The notes beneath the pieces are model-generated. The model saw only the letters and a program-made list of their open reading frames with translations. It ran no database searches and was not told the DNA's origin. From the sequence record SRR2962707_2394: a stretch of 56,547 bases of DNA; one strand, given 5' to 3'. The position numbers and the translations under genes are program-made. Of this stretch, positions 38,961 to 48,092 are shown piece after piece. Every line of letters starts with the position of its first letter. Within the stretch, counting starts at the first letter, position 1.

Positions 38961-39039
38961 TTGACAATCTGGATCAGTTGTGAGACAAACCAGATAAGTT
39001 TTGATCAATGCGCCCGGGGAAACCTGCGGCGCATTTTTT
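38961..39039 (+). promoter_or_regulatory. Late promoter plus short terminator (pR'/tR'-like)
   Basis: TTGACA at 38961 (weak -10); AATGCGCC...GGCGCATT followed by T-run at 39007-39039. Confidence 0.5.
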
Positions 39040-39040
39040 G

Positions 39041-39161
39041 ATTCGTGCGGCAGTGCTGATGGAAGCGACCTAGAGTATCCCAACGAGGCAAGGGCGACGG
39101 CTGGGAACCTCGAACGAGGAAAGAGGCCCTTGATCCGGTATCAATCCCGGACTGCACGAAT
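39041..39161 (+). ncRNA. tRNA-like structured RNA (non-canonical)
   Basis: 10-bp closing stem, D-like arm GCT-GATGGA-AGC, T-like arm TCCGG-TATCAATC-CCGGA abutting the 3' strand. Confidence 0.55.
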
Positions 39162-39256
39162 ACCCAACATGGCCGTGGCCTCTTCCGAAAGGTACGCTCC
39201 TGTCCTCATATCCCGCCCGGGTTTTTCTTTGACATAACCAACCCAAGGAGAGCCCA

Positions 39257-39622
39257 ATGCGCTCGATCACCGAACACAAGGTTAATCCGGCCAACGACAA
39301 GCTTGAAATCATTGTTATCGATGAGCCCGGAGCTGGTGGCGCAAACCACAAGTACGAAGTTGTGTACGATGGCGGTACAGTTGGCTTCACTGTCGGCATC
39401 AATTTCCAGAACGGCCCGATCAACGAAGCCGGTGTGAACGGACTCACGCAGGAAGTTCTGCTTGCAATTGTGGCTGATCGTTTGCGCTCATTCCAATCTG
39501 GTCAATACGCATGCCGCGAGAACGCGCTTGCACTGACCAAGATCGAAGAAGCGCAGCATTGGCTGCACAGCCGCACGCTGACCCGGATGCATCGCGGCGT
39601 TGAAGGAACACACAAAGTTTAA
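39257..39622 (+). CDS. tad1: Tad1-like nucleotide-signal sponge
   Basis: GAGGANHKY, FQNGP, LLAIVADRLRSFQSG.YACRENALALTKIEEA..WL..R..R..RGVEGT matches recalled Tad1. Confidence 0.85.
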   Translation: MRSITEHKVNPANDKLEIIVIDEPGAGGANHKYEVVYDGGTVGFTVGINFQNGPINEAGVNGLTQEVLLAIVADRLRSFQSGQYACRENALALTKIEEAQHWLHSRTLTRMHRGVEGTHKV

Positions 39623-39675
39623 ATTGCCCGTCCTCAACCGGGCAACACTGGCCCATGTAGGGCTCGACGGCGGTT

Positions 39676-39698
39676 GCGTGAGAGCGTGCCGCCGTTTT
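39676..39698 (+). terminator. 3' arm of terminator-like hairpin after tad1 (stem begins ~39666)
   Basis: GACGGCGG...CCGCCGTTTT. Confidence 0.5.
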
Positions 39699-39717
39699 CA
39701 TTTGTGAGGCGTAACTG

Positions 39718-39858
39718 ATGCCACAGTCCATCACCACAGCAGCAATCGTTATCGCAATCGTTGCGGTGCTTGCGTTCTGTGCAGTGGTGGTTCTTGGTCT
39801 GCGGTTGGGTAAAGGGCTTGGTGGCGGGATCGGCAATATCTTTGATCCGTGGCAGTAG
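39718..39858 (+). CDS. Small single-TM protein (46 aa)
   Basis: GAGG RBS; MPQSITTAAIVIAIVAVLAFCAVVVLGLR...; too short for the ORF track. Confidence 0.55.
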   Translation: MPQSITTAAIVIAIVAVLAFCAVVVLGLRLGKGLGGGIGNIFDPWQ

Positions 39859-39869
39859 GGCGATCTGAT

Positions 39870-40448
39870 GTGGCGAAAAAGCAATACACAAAGATCCCGA
39901 AGCCAGCGGACTATAAACCCGAAACACACTTCCCCGACGACTGGAAGGTAACACACCTTCAAAACAGGCCACGTTGTCCGGCATGGTCAGGCCAGAAGGC
40001 TGCGCAGTGCGGGCAATTGGCAGGGTCCGGAACCAAGCGCAAGGACGAGGCCGGGGCGTGTTGTAGCTATCACGGCGGGGCCTCTGATGGTGCGCCGAAG
40101 GGCAACACGAATGCCGTAGACGCATCCAAACCACGCAGCAAATACATCGCGATTGAAGACATCGACGGTATCCGCGAATTGATGGGCAAGGATGTGATCG
40201 AGCAGTCCGACCTTTTATCGGCGCTGACGATGCATCGTATTCAGTTGGCTCTTGGTAATGAAACGACGAGCGCCGACGACAACGCCGCAGACAAGGTTGA
40301 TGCCAAGCTGGCCGTCATGGGAAAGACCTGGACAAGTCTGGTTAAGACCAAGATCGCGGCGCAAAACCTTCTGATGAAAACACCGGAACCGGAAGACGAA
40401 ACGCTGTCAGATGATGAACTCAAACGCCAGATTTTCGGTGACACCTGA
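39870..40448 (+). CDS. Terminase small subunit-like (HGGxSTG-type)
   Basis: C..C..CSYHGGASDGAPKGNTNA; upstream of TerL. Confidence 0.7.
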   Translation: MAKKQYTKIPKPADYKPETHFPDDWKVTHLQNRPRCPAWSGQKAAQCGQLAGSGTKRKDEAGACCSYHGGASDGAPKGNTNAVDASKPRSKYIAIEDIDGIRELMGKDVIEQSDLLSALTMHRIQLALGNETTSADDNAADKVDAKLAVMGKTWTSLVKTKIAAQNLLMKTPEPEDETLSDDELKRQIFGDT

Positions 40449-41208
40449 CCAGTTCGATAAGATGCCCCGTGAGGCGAAGCTCAGGTTCTTCAAGCTTGTA
40501 AAAGAATATCGCAAACGCGAAAGCCGCAAACGGTTCTTCCATCTGTTTCCTGATGAGACTCATGACTGGAACGGCGAAACGTTCCATGCCAGATCGCTCT
40601 ATGTCCCGCATGCTGAGTTCATGAAGGCAACAGCAGATTACATGGAAGTGGCCTTCATGGCCGGCAACAGAACCGGGAAGTCAGAAACCGGGACGTTCTG
40701 CGATGCGGTCTGGCTCACCGGGCTGTATCCCGAATGGTGGGAGGGCAGGCGGTTCGATGGTCCGGTGCGTGGCTGGGTCGCAGGTAAGACCAACGAAACG
40801 GTACGCGACATTCTCCAAGACAAGCTGCTTGGCGAGATTTCATGGCGCGGCCGACGCAAGACAGTATCGGGCACCGGGATCATTCCGGGCGAATGCATCG
40901 AATATGAAAGCGTGACATGGCGATCCGGGGTCCAGAACCTTGTCGACACGATCCGCATCAAGCATGTCAGCGGAAAGACATCGCTGCTTGGGTTCAAGTC
41001 CTATGCGCAGGGGCGAAGCGGGTTTGAAGGCACCGCACAGCATTTCGCGCATCTGGATGAAGAACCACCACAAGACATCTACAGCGAGGTCATGACCCGT
41101 CTGGCAACCACCAGCGGGGTCGGCATCTCGACCTTTACGCCACTTGATGGCCTTACCGAAGTCGCACTGGGCTTTATGCCGCAGGATATGCGGCCTGATG
41201 AGAGTTAA
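40438..41208 (+). CDS. Terminase large subunit, N-terminal ATPase half (P22 gp2-like)
   Basis: AGNRTGKS Walker A, HLDEE Walker B, TFTP motif III. Confidence 0.9.
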   Translation: MTPDQFDKMPREAKLRFFKLVKEYRKRESRKRFFHLFPDETHDWNGETFHARSLYVPHAEFMKATADYMEVAFMAGNRTGKSETGTFCDAVWLTGLYPEWWEGRRFDGPVRGWVAGKTNETVRDILQDKLLGEISWRGRRKTVSGTGIIPGECIEYESVTWRSGVQNLVDTIRIKHVSGKTSLLGFKSYAQGRSGFEGTAQHFAHLDEEPPQDIYSEVMTRLATTSGVGISTFTPLDGLTEVALGFMPQDMRPDES

Positions 41209-41638
41209 TGCATCTATCATGGGTATGAACCTTACATCTTCCGATATCGAGATGATGAAAGAGAGATCAATCCGGCCTGATGACTGGCTTCTCTATGCCG
41301 TTGTCCATGGATTGGTGGATCGCGAAACCGCTTGCCCCGACCTTGCCGAGACCTACCAGAAAGGCTGTTCGGTCTGCTCGCCACTTGCAGATCATTCTGT
41401 GCCAAAGGCAATCGCCCCGATGGGGTATGTGGAATCGGTGTGCCGCGCCCTTTGCGCCCTTGATTGCGTTGCCGATCCTGATGGTGTTGTTCTGATCAAA
41501 GGGGATTCCCAAAAGCCATACGGCTCGTTCCCATGGGACGGGATCAAGGAATGCCCGATCTGGATGCTTTACATGCCCCGCGTTAATGCGCTGCGGTCAG
41601 CCCTCAAACAATGCGGCCTTAAGGTCGTAAGCGCCTGA
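41198..41638 (+). CDS. Cys-rich hypothetical protein between the TerL halves
   Basis: 146-aa ORF overlapping both neighbours. Confidence 0.6.
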   Translation: MRVNASIMGMNLTSSDIEMMKERSIRPDDWLLYAVVHGLVDRETACPDLAETYQKGCSVCSPLADHSVPKAIAPMGYVESVCRALCALDCVADPDGVVLIKGDSQKPYGSFPWDGIKECPIWMLYMPRVNALRSALKQCGLKVVSA

Positions 41639-42381
41639 TGCCAGAGATCACACCCAGCCGCTACATGGTGATGGCCGGTTGGGATGATGTTCCGCATCTT
41701 GACGAGAAAACAAAGGCCGGTCTGATCGCATCCTATAAACCGCATGAACTTGATGCCCGGACCAAAGGCATACCAAGCCTTGGGGCAGGGGCGATCTATC
41801 CGATTGAAGAGGATGCGTTTGTTGTTGCGCCTTTCCAGATACCGGATTTCTGGCCGCGCTTCTATGCCATGGACGTTGGCTGGAACAAGACGGCGGTTCT
41901 GTGGTTTGCATGGGATCGCAGTTGTGACTGCCTCTACATCTACACCGAACATTACCGGGGCCAAGCAGAACCCAGCATTCACGCCGCTGCGGTTCGCGCG
42001 CGCGGTGAGTGGGTCAAGGGCGTTGTCGATCCGGCTGCACGCGGTCGGTCCCAGAAAGACGGCGAACAACTTATTCAGAACTATATCGATCTCGGATTGA
42101 AGCTGATCAAGGCTGATAACTCGGTCGAGGCGGGCATTGATCTTGTCATGGAGCGGCTTTCAACCGGTCGTCTCAAGGTATTTTCGACGGTGCGCAACCT
42201 GCTTGTCGAGATGCGGATATATCGCCGGGACGAGAACGGCAAGATCGTCAAGAAGAACGACCACGGCTGTGACGCGATGCGTTACGGCACGGTGTCAGGC
42301 ACGGCGGTCGCGCAAACCAAACCATTCGAAGAAAGAATTATAGTTGCCGCCCATGTGGGTGACAGCGATGCAGGATATTAA
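41638..42381 (+). CDS. Terminase large subunit, C-terminal nuclease half
   Basis: WDDVPHL, ARTKGIP, AMDVGW, NDHGCDAMRY. Confidence 0.9.
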   Translation: MPEITPSRYMVMAGWDDVPHLDEKTKAGLIASYKPHELDARTKGIPSLGAGAIYPIEEDAFVVAPFQIPDFWPRFYAMDVGWNKTAVLWFAWDRSCDCLYIYTEHYRGQAEPSIHAAAVRARGEWVKGVVDPAARGRSQKDGEQLIQNYIDLGLKLIKADNSVEAGIDLVMERLSTGRLKVFSTVRNLLVEMRIYRRDENGKIVKKNDHGCDAMRYGTVSGTAVAQTKPFEERIIVAAHVGDSDAGY

Positions 42382-42389
42382 GGGTTCAA

Positions 42390-44585
42390 ATGATGGGTGC
42401 CATGGCTGAACAGAGCTTTTACGATGAAGAAGATCGTAAGCAGTACGAAGCCGATCAGGCATCTATTGCAGAACAAAAGCGCCGGGACCGCCTGAACTCC
42501 ATTGTTCAGACCTTGCAAACCAAGGCCGATGATCAGGTCAAGAAGAAGGTCCATATCGAAGAACGCTGGCTCAATGATATGCGTCAGTTCTATGGCCGCT
42601 ACGACGAGAAGACCGAGAAAGACCTGAACGCCCCGAACAGCAGCAAAAGCAAGCTGTTCTTCAACATCACCCGGATGAAAACCAACGGCTGGGAAGCCCG
42701 CCTGACGGATATGCTGTTCCCGACCGATGACCGCAACTGGGGCATCAAGCCGACACCGGTTCCCGAGATCGATAACGCGCCAGTCCCACAGATACCAGAG
42801 GCCGCTTATCCGCAGCCGGAACAGGGTGCGGCGATGTCCGCCAAGCTTCAGATGGATGCCAAAGTTGCCGAGGCCAAGAAGCGTGCCGAGGCGATGGAAG
42901 AAGAAATTGATGACCAGTTCCGCGAGGCTGATTACTACGCCAAATGCCGCGATATGATCGGCGATGCCTGCCAGATCGGCACCGGGATCATCAAGGCGCC
43001 GGTTGTCAGTGCCAAGAATATCCGTCGCTGGGGTAAGGCCGAAGGTGGACCCGATGAAGGCGGTTATGTTCTGGCAAGCATTGATGATCCGAGCCCGGAT
43101 GCGCTTTCGGTTGATCCGTGGTCGTTCTTCCCCGATATGTCTGCATCCAGCGTGGATGATGCCGAGTTCTTCTTCGAGCGCCATCTCAGCAACAAGAAAC
43201 AGCTTCGCGACCTTGCCAAGACCAAAGGGTTCGACAAAGAGGCGATCCGTGAGCTGCTTGAAGAAGGACCGCAGGAAGGCGGGCCCGATTTTGTTGCCAA
43301 CCTGCGTGAGATTACCGGCGTCGGTGAGTTCGATAAAAGCGACAACCAGAAATATCAGGTCTGGGAATATCATGGTCCGCTGGAACCTGAAGATATCGAG
43401 ACGGTCTGTCATTGTATCGGTAAGGATGATCTGCTCGGGGATATCGAAGACCACGACATTCTTGAGGAAATCCATGTCGTCGCATGGTTCTGCCAGAACC
43501 GGCTGATCAAGTTTGGTCTGCATCTTCTTGACAGTCAGGAGCCGATCTATTCGGTTTTCAACCTTGAGAAAGACAAACGCTGCATCTTCGGGTTTGGTGT
43601 TCCTGCCCTGATGCGCGACAGCCAGAAGTCGCTTTCAGCAGCTTGGCGCATGATCCTTGATAATGCAGGGCTTTCGACAGGTCCGCAGGTTGTTATCGAC
43701 AAGGATGCGATTTATCCGGCGGATGGTAACTGGGCACTGGCACCGCGCAAGGTCTGGCTCAAGAAATCAACAGCTATCCCGATTTCCGAGGTGTTTGGCA
43801 CCTTTAGTATCGACAGCCATCAGGCCGAGCTTGCCAACATCGTTCAGATGTCACGCCAGTTTGCCGATGAAGAAACAGCACTGCCGCTGGTCGCCCAAGG
43901 CGAAAGCGGGTCACATCAGACCCAGACCGCGCAAGGCATGTCCATGCTGATGAACAGCGTCAATGTCGTGTTCCGTCGCGTGGTCAAGAACTATGATGAT
44001 GATGTCACCGTTCGCACGGTACGCCGGTTCTATGACTGGAACATGCAGTTCAATCCCCGGGAAGATATCAAGGGCGATTACAATGTTGATGCCCGTGGTT
44101 CTTCGGTTCTTCTGGTTCGCGAGATGCAAGCCCAGAACCTGCTTGGCATGATGAATATGTTTGGTGCCCATCCGGTCTTTGGCCCGATGACCAAGCATGC
44201 TGATCTGTATCGCAAGGCCGTCCAGGCGCACAGCATTGCTGCAGACGAGATCGTTCTGACCGATCAGGAAATTGCGAAGGTGAAGAAAGATCAGGCAGAA
44301 GCCGAGGCCAATGGTGGCAGCGATCCGGCCATGGAACTTGAGATTGCCAAGATGAATACGCAGATTGAAGTCGCCCAGATCGATCAACAGACCAAGATTG
44401 AAGTCGCCCGACTTAATCACGAATCCGCAATGATGAAACTTGCCGCCGATCAGCAGACTACGGTTGAAAAGATCAAGGCCCAGCTTGCCGGGAAGCAGAT
44501 GGAAATCGATAGCAAGGAACGCACTTTTGCCGCAGAAGCAGCGATTTCCAGCCAGATTGGTCCATCTGGTGGCGGGTCGTTTTAG
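42390..44585 (+). CDS. Portal protein (podovirus type)
   Basis: 731 aa after TerL; GTGIIK, VDPWSFFPD, GFGVP; C-terminal coiled coil. Confidence 0.85.
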   Translation: MMGAMAEQSFYDEEDRKQYEADQASIAEQKRRDRLNSIVQTLQTKADDQVKKKVHIEERWLNDMRQFYGRYDEKTEKDLNAPNSSKSKLFFNITRMKTNGWEARLTDMLFPTDDRNWGIKPTPVPEIDNAPVPQIPEAAYPQPEQGAAMSAKLQMDAKVAEAKKRAEAMEEEIDDQFREADYYAKCRDMIGDACQIGTGIIKAPVVSAKNIRRWGKAEGGPDEGGYVLASIDDPSPDALSVDPWSFFPDMSASSVDDAEFFFERHLSNKKQLRDLAKTKGFDKEAIRELLEEGPQEGGPDFVANLREITGVGEFDKSDNQKYQVWEYHGPLEPEDIETVCHCIGKDDLLGDIEDHDILEEIHVVAWFCQNRLIKFGLHLLDSQEPIYSVFNLEKDKRCIFGFGVPALMRDSQKSLSAAWRMILDNAGLSTGPQVVIDKDAIYPADGNWALAPRKVWLKKSTAIPISEVFGTFSIDSHQAELANIVQMSRQFADEETALPLVAQGESGSHQTQTAQGMSMLMNSVNVVFRRVVKNYDDDVTVRTVRRFYDWNMQFNPREDIKGDYNVDARGSSVLLVREMQAQNLLGMMNMFGAHPVFGPMTKHADLYRKAVQAHSIAADEIVLTDQEIAKVKKDQAEAEANGGSDPAMELEIAKMNTQIEVAQIDQQTKIEVARLNHESAMMKLAADQQTTVEKIKAQLAGKQMEIDSKERTFAAEAAISSQIGPSGGGSF

Positions 44586-44659
44586 ATTTTTGGCGATCAA
44601 TTGGAATGGACAAGTCAACTGGAGACATTCATCATTCCGGCAAAATGGAGGGCTGTGAG

Positions 44660-45193
44660 ATGATGAAAAGATTGTTTGGGGTTGTCGGTGTTCTGGTTCT
44701 GGTCGGGTGTCAGACGGTTGCGGAAGAGCAGCCGCTTACCTATCGCGCATCGGCTGTTGATGCAGTTGTCGCAACGATTACGGATGTTTGTATCAAACAT
44801 ATTGATGATCCGGTCGGGATGGCTGAGGCGGCACGAAATATAGGAATTGCCGAAACTAAACGCGAAACAGTGCGTTACGGTGATGGCTGGGTTCCCTTTA
44901 AAACCCAGACGCTAAACAACAGCACGGTCGCGCATTATTTCGGCGATGGTTCGCATTGCTCAATCTCTTGGCAAGCAGGGGCTGTTCCTGATGAACTTAT
45001 GCTTCGCGGGATAAACGCAGAGCTGATCAACGGGAAATACAAAGGCAGCCTCGTCGGATACGTGATCAAACCGCGCTATGGGTTGTCGCTTGTTAAGAAC
45101 GCAAATGGTGCGGCGGACATTGTGACGATCATGAACGCCGAGCGATACGCTGAGTTCGCTAAAGCCGTTGGTGCGACAGGAGCGGGAGGGTGA
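44660..45193 (+). CDS. Lipoprotein (moron)
   Basis: MMKRLFGVVGVLVLVG-C lipobox; GGAG RBS. Confidence 0.72.
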   Translation: MMKRLFGVVGVLVLVGCQTVAEEQPLTYRASAVDAVVATITDVCIKHIDDPVGMAEAARNIGIAETKRETVRYGDGWVPFKTQTLNNSTVAHYFGDGSHCSISWQAGAVPDELMLRGINAELINGKYKGSLVGYVIKPRYGLSLVKNANGAADIVTIMNAERYAEFAKAVGATGAGG

Positions 45194-45828
45194 TGATTAG
45201 GGCACTCAGATCGCTTGCGCTAGTTTCCGTGTTTTTGACCGCGCATACCACAACTTCAGCAGAAGAAATGTGCGCCTCCAAATATGCGGCGTATAGCGAC
45301 CGGATGCCATGCTATGCAGATACAATTAGTTGGGTGGAATTCTCACACCAAGGGGACCATGAAAACGTCTTTGATCGGTACAAACACGATTTCGAGCGGC
45401 TTACCCGAATGAGATTAGGCAACGATCTACCCATCTTTCAGCATGAGACCGTGTCGCGCCAAGATGCTTATCGTGATACGCCATTCCATTCAGAAAGCCT
45501 GAAAAGAAAAGTGGAAGTTTTATGCAAAATTTGGTGGACCGGTAAAGAATACCCAATTGCCCAGCACTTAAAATGCGGTATGCGTGGATACGGGATCTAT
45601 GCCGGGTTTCCCGTCAACGTTGATTCTGCGGTGCTTGGCTATAGTAATTTTGACGATTTGATTACTCAGACGGATAACATGATCAGAAGTGCGGTTTCCG
45701 ATCTCTCGATTGGGTTCTTCATTGAAAGAGACAGAGACATCCTGAGGGAAGACCAGTGCACGGCTATTGACGGAAATTTACTTTGCGCACCATCAATTGG
45801 AGAGTCTTCTACGCGACCGGTACAATAG
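45190..45828 (+). CDS. Exported hypothetical protein
   Basis: Signal peptide-like N-terminus; six Cys. Confidence 0.65.
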   Translation: MMIRALRSLALVSVFLTAHTTTSAEEMCASKYAAYSDRMPCYADTISWVEFSHQGDHENVFDRYKHDFERLTRMRLGNDLPIFQHETVSRQDAYRDTPFHSESLKRKVEVLCKIWWTGKEYPIAQHLKCGMRGYGIYAGFPVNVDSAVLGYSNFDDLITQTDNMIRSAVSDLSIGFFIERDRDILREDQCTAIDGNLLCAPSIGESSTRPVQ

Positions 45829-45944
45829 TGACGTTCGTAAAGCTGACGTTTCTTGAGAGATCGGGTTTTCTGGATGTTCCGCTGAACTTGGTGTGGTCAT
45901 CAATATGGCCACTGTATTGGGTGGCGGTAGCGAATTAAGGCGGC

Positions 45945-46346
45945 TCACAGGTCGCCTTTTTCTTTGTCTTCTTTGTGCCCCAGGCCGGAATAACGGTCCC
46001 TGATGGCCTTGAAGTGTTTTTTGGTGCTTTCGCTGGCTGTGGGATGGTCGGCAACGATGGCGGCCATCAATGCCAGAGTGGAGTATTGCATGACGGGCGG
46101 GAGGGCGCGGTAAGTATTTAGGAGGTCTATCTCGTCTTGAGGAGTGTGAAGCGGAGCGTCCCAACCAAGGAGGTACGCCGGTTCAACAAGCAGAACGGGA
46201 GCAAGCTTTTCCACCCATTCCGTGGAAAGAGTTGTCTTCTCGTTTTCAATTCGGTGAATTGTTTGAGGGGTCGTTCCGACAGCCTCAGCGACATCGGATA
46301 GCTTAAGGCCAAGTCGTTTGCGGGCTTCTTTAATTCGTGACTGCAT
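45945..46346 (-). CDS. XRE family repressor (secondary immunity region)
   Basis: LSDVAEAVGTTPQTIHRIE HTH. Confidence 0.85.
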   Translation of the reverse strand: MQSRIKEARKRLGLKLSDVAEAVGTTPQTIHRIENEKTTLSTEWVEKLAPVLLVEPAYLLGWDAPLHTPQDEIDLLNTYRALPPVMQYSTLALMAAIVADHPTASESTKKHFKAIRDRYSGLGHKEDKEKGDL

Positions 46347-46467
46347 TTACGTTTAACTTAAAAAATGTGTTGCGTTTAAGCTGTGAGTAAATTAAATTTT
46401 ACCTACGGCATGATTTGCTGTGAATAATTAACACAACATGTAAACAGAATCCAATAGGAGACGTTAG

Positions 46468-46632
46468 GTGCAAACTGAACAGATGAAAAACATCACTGTC
46501 CGCGCCGACCGTGATTTCTCTGACAAGGTCGATGATTGGCGTCGTATGCAGAAGGATATTCCTTCTCGCGCTGACGCAATGCGTCAACTCGTAGAACGCG
46601 GCCTCGAAGCAGAGCAATCCACCCAAAAGTAA
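46468..46632 (+). CDS. Ribbon-helix-helix (Arc-like) protein, 54 aa
   Basis: AGGAG RBS, GTG start; KNITVRAD...KVDDWRR...PSRADAMRQLVERGL; not in ORF track. Confidence 0.75.
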   Translation: MQTEQMKNITVRADRDFSDKVDDWRRMQKDIPSRADAMRQLVERGLEAEQSTQK

Positions 46633-46696
46633 ACCCCCGGTGTTGGCGCACCGAGGGTTTGAGATATCAAAATCCACTAGCAAAAGGACTTGTGAC

Positions 46697-47479
46697 ATGC
46701 AGGAGCATACACAAAATAATGCTGATTTGTCCAGCCAATCGTTGGTGACGCTGGATTACAACGGGTCCGTGATCCGTATCGACGACGAAAAACTTAACCT
46801 TACCGATATGTGGCGGGCTTCTGGCGGGCACGATTCAAAGCGCCCGGCAGATTGGGCTCGTAAAGATGGGGCGGCGTTTATCGACGCTGTTGGGATGTCT
46901 TTAAATATGCCTGTGGAGCATATTATCGAGGCAACTCGCGGAAAGAACGGCGTAACAATGGCCCATTGGCAGATCGGGCTTGCATATGCCAAGTACCTGT
47001 CGCCGGAATTCCACATGTGGTGCAACACGGTCGTTCGTGACCGTATGGAGAACAAACCGGCCCAACAGGACCTGTCGGACCCGGCGACACTTCGCCACCT
47101 ACTGTTGGAGCATACCGAGCGCGAAATCGAGTTGCTGGCCAAGATTGACGAAGCAAAGCCAAAGGTTGAAGGTTTTGATCGGATTGCACATGCCGATGGT
47201 TCGATGTGCATTACTGATGCGGCCAAAACCTTGCAGGTGCGTCCGAAAGACCTGTTCACATGGCTTCGGTGCAATGGCTGGATATACAAACGGGCCGGTA
47301 ACTCGCACGACGTTGCCTATCAGGACAAACTGAAAAGCGGTGTTTTGGAGCACAAAACAAAAACAGTCTATCGCGGCGATGGCACAGACAAGATCACGGA
47401 ACAGGTTCGCGTCACGCCGAAGGGCTTGACCAAGCTGGCACTGGTCTTCGGTGTTTCGTCGCAGGAGGCAGCGGAATGA
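46697..47479 (+). CDS. ant: Phage antirepressor (KilA-N + KilAC)
   Basis: NLTDMWRA..RPADW..YAKYLSPEF; KPKVEGFDRI..ITDAAKTL..VTPKGL. Confidence 0.9.
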   Translation: MQEHTQNNADLSSQSLVTLDYNGSVIRIDDEKLNLTDMWRASGGHDSKRPADWARKDGAAFIDAVGMSLNMPVEHIIEATRGKNGVTMAHWQIGLAYAKYLSPEFHMWCNTVVRDRMENKPAQQDLSDPATLRHLLLEHTEREIELLAKIDEAKPKVEGFDRIAHADGSMCITDAAKTLQVRPKDLFTWLRCNGWIYKRAGNSHDVAYQDKLKSGVLEHKTKTVYRGDGTDKITEQVRVTPKGLTKLALVFGVSSQEAAE

Positions 47480-47718
47480 ATATTCGAGAAGAGGTTATGG
47501 CTCATTTCGTTGAAATTGCTGAGAACGCCGAAAAGTCTGGCTTAGGTGGGCTTGACGTGCTTCGCAAACAATTTCCCGATGTTCCTGTGTCTATTTTGGC
47601 GGAGGCTGCAACCGAAGCGTGGATGAACGCAGATGAAGCATGGTGGCAGAAAGTCGAGAAAACCATCGACGACGAGATCATTAAAAAGGCGTTAGAAGGC
47701 AAGGGAGAACCGGCATGA
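47476..47718 (+). CDS. Hypothetical protein
   Basis: ATGA coupling; GGAGG RBS. Confidence 0.65.
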   Translation: MNIREEVMAHFVEIAENAEKSGLGGLDVLRKQFPDVPVSILAEAATEAWMNADEAWWQKVEKTIDDEIIKKALEGKGEPA

Positions 47719-48065
47719 AGTTCACCGATCTTTCCTTTGTCAGCCGTGGCGAACGCAACACCAACTGGGATGTGCCGCCGACTGATGACTATGTTGCTGC
47801 ATGCGCCCGTGGCGATGAAATGGCCGTGGAGTACATGCAGTATCTTCGGCTCAATCCCGGCGCAAAAGGCAGCAATGTTCTTGGTGCTATCATCGGGGAC
47901 GCACGACCAGAAGATAATCGAGGCTATCTGGTTGGCTTCCTTGGAACGGTGGAGCGCATGACGTGCGAGGCGCTTGCGTACCGTGATCCGGTACAGGATT
48001 TGATTAATACGCGGGCGCTCTACGCTCGTGCAGAAGCAGAACAGGATATCGCGCTCGTCGCCTGA
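47715..48065 (+). CDS. Hypothetical protein
   Basis: ATGA coupling; GGAG RBS. Confidence 0.65.
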   Translation: MKFTDLSFVSRGERNTNWDVPPTDDYVAACARGDEMAVEYMQYLRLNPGAKGSNVLGAIIGDARPEDNRGYLVGFLGTVERMTCEALAYRDPVQDLINTRALYARAEAEQDIALVA

Positions 48066-48092
48066 TACCTGCCCACAAACACACAGACACAA

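Noticed and set aside
39041-39161. Canonical tRNA gene
   Set aside because: T loop lacks TTCRA and there is no 5-bp/7-nt anticodon arm; kept only as a tRNA-like ncRNA.
41209-41637. Self-splicing intron or intein in terL
   Set aside because: No recognisable group I/II core, no homing endonuclease or RT motifs, and no intein termini; the C-half has its own coupled ATG. Not formally excluded without RT-PCR.
42378-44618. Long antisense ORFs over the portal (and 50813..51985 over the capsid gene)
   Set aside because: Shadow ORFs of codon-biased genes with no recognisable motifs.
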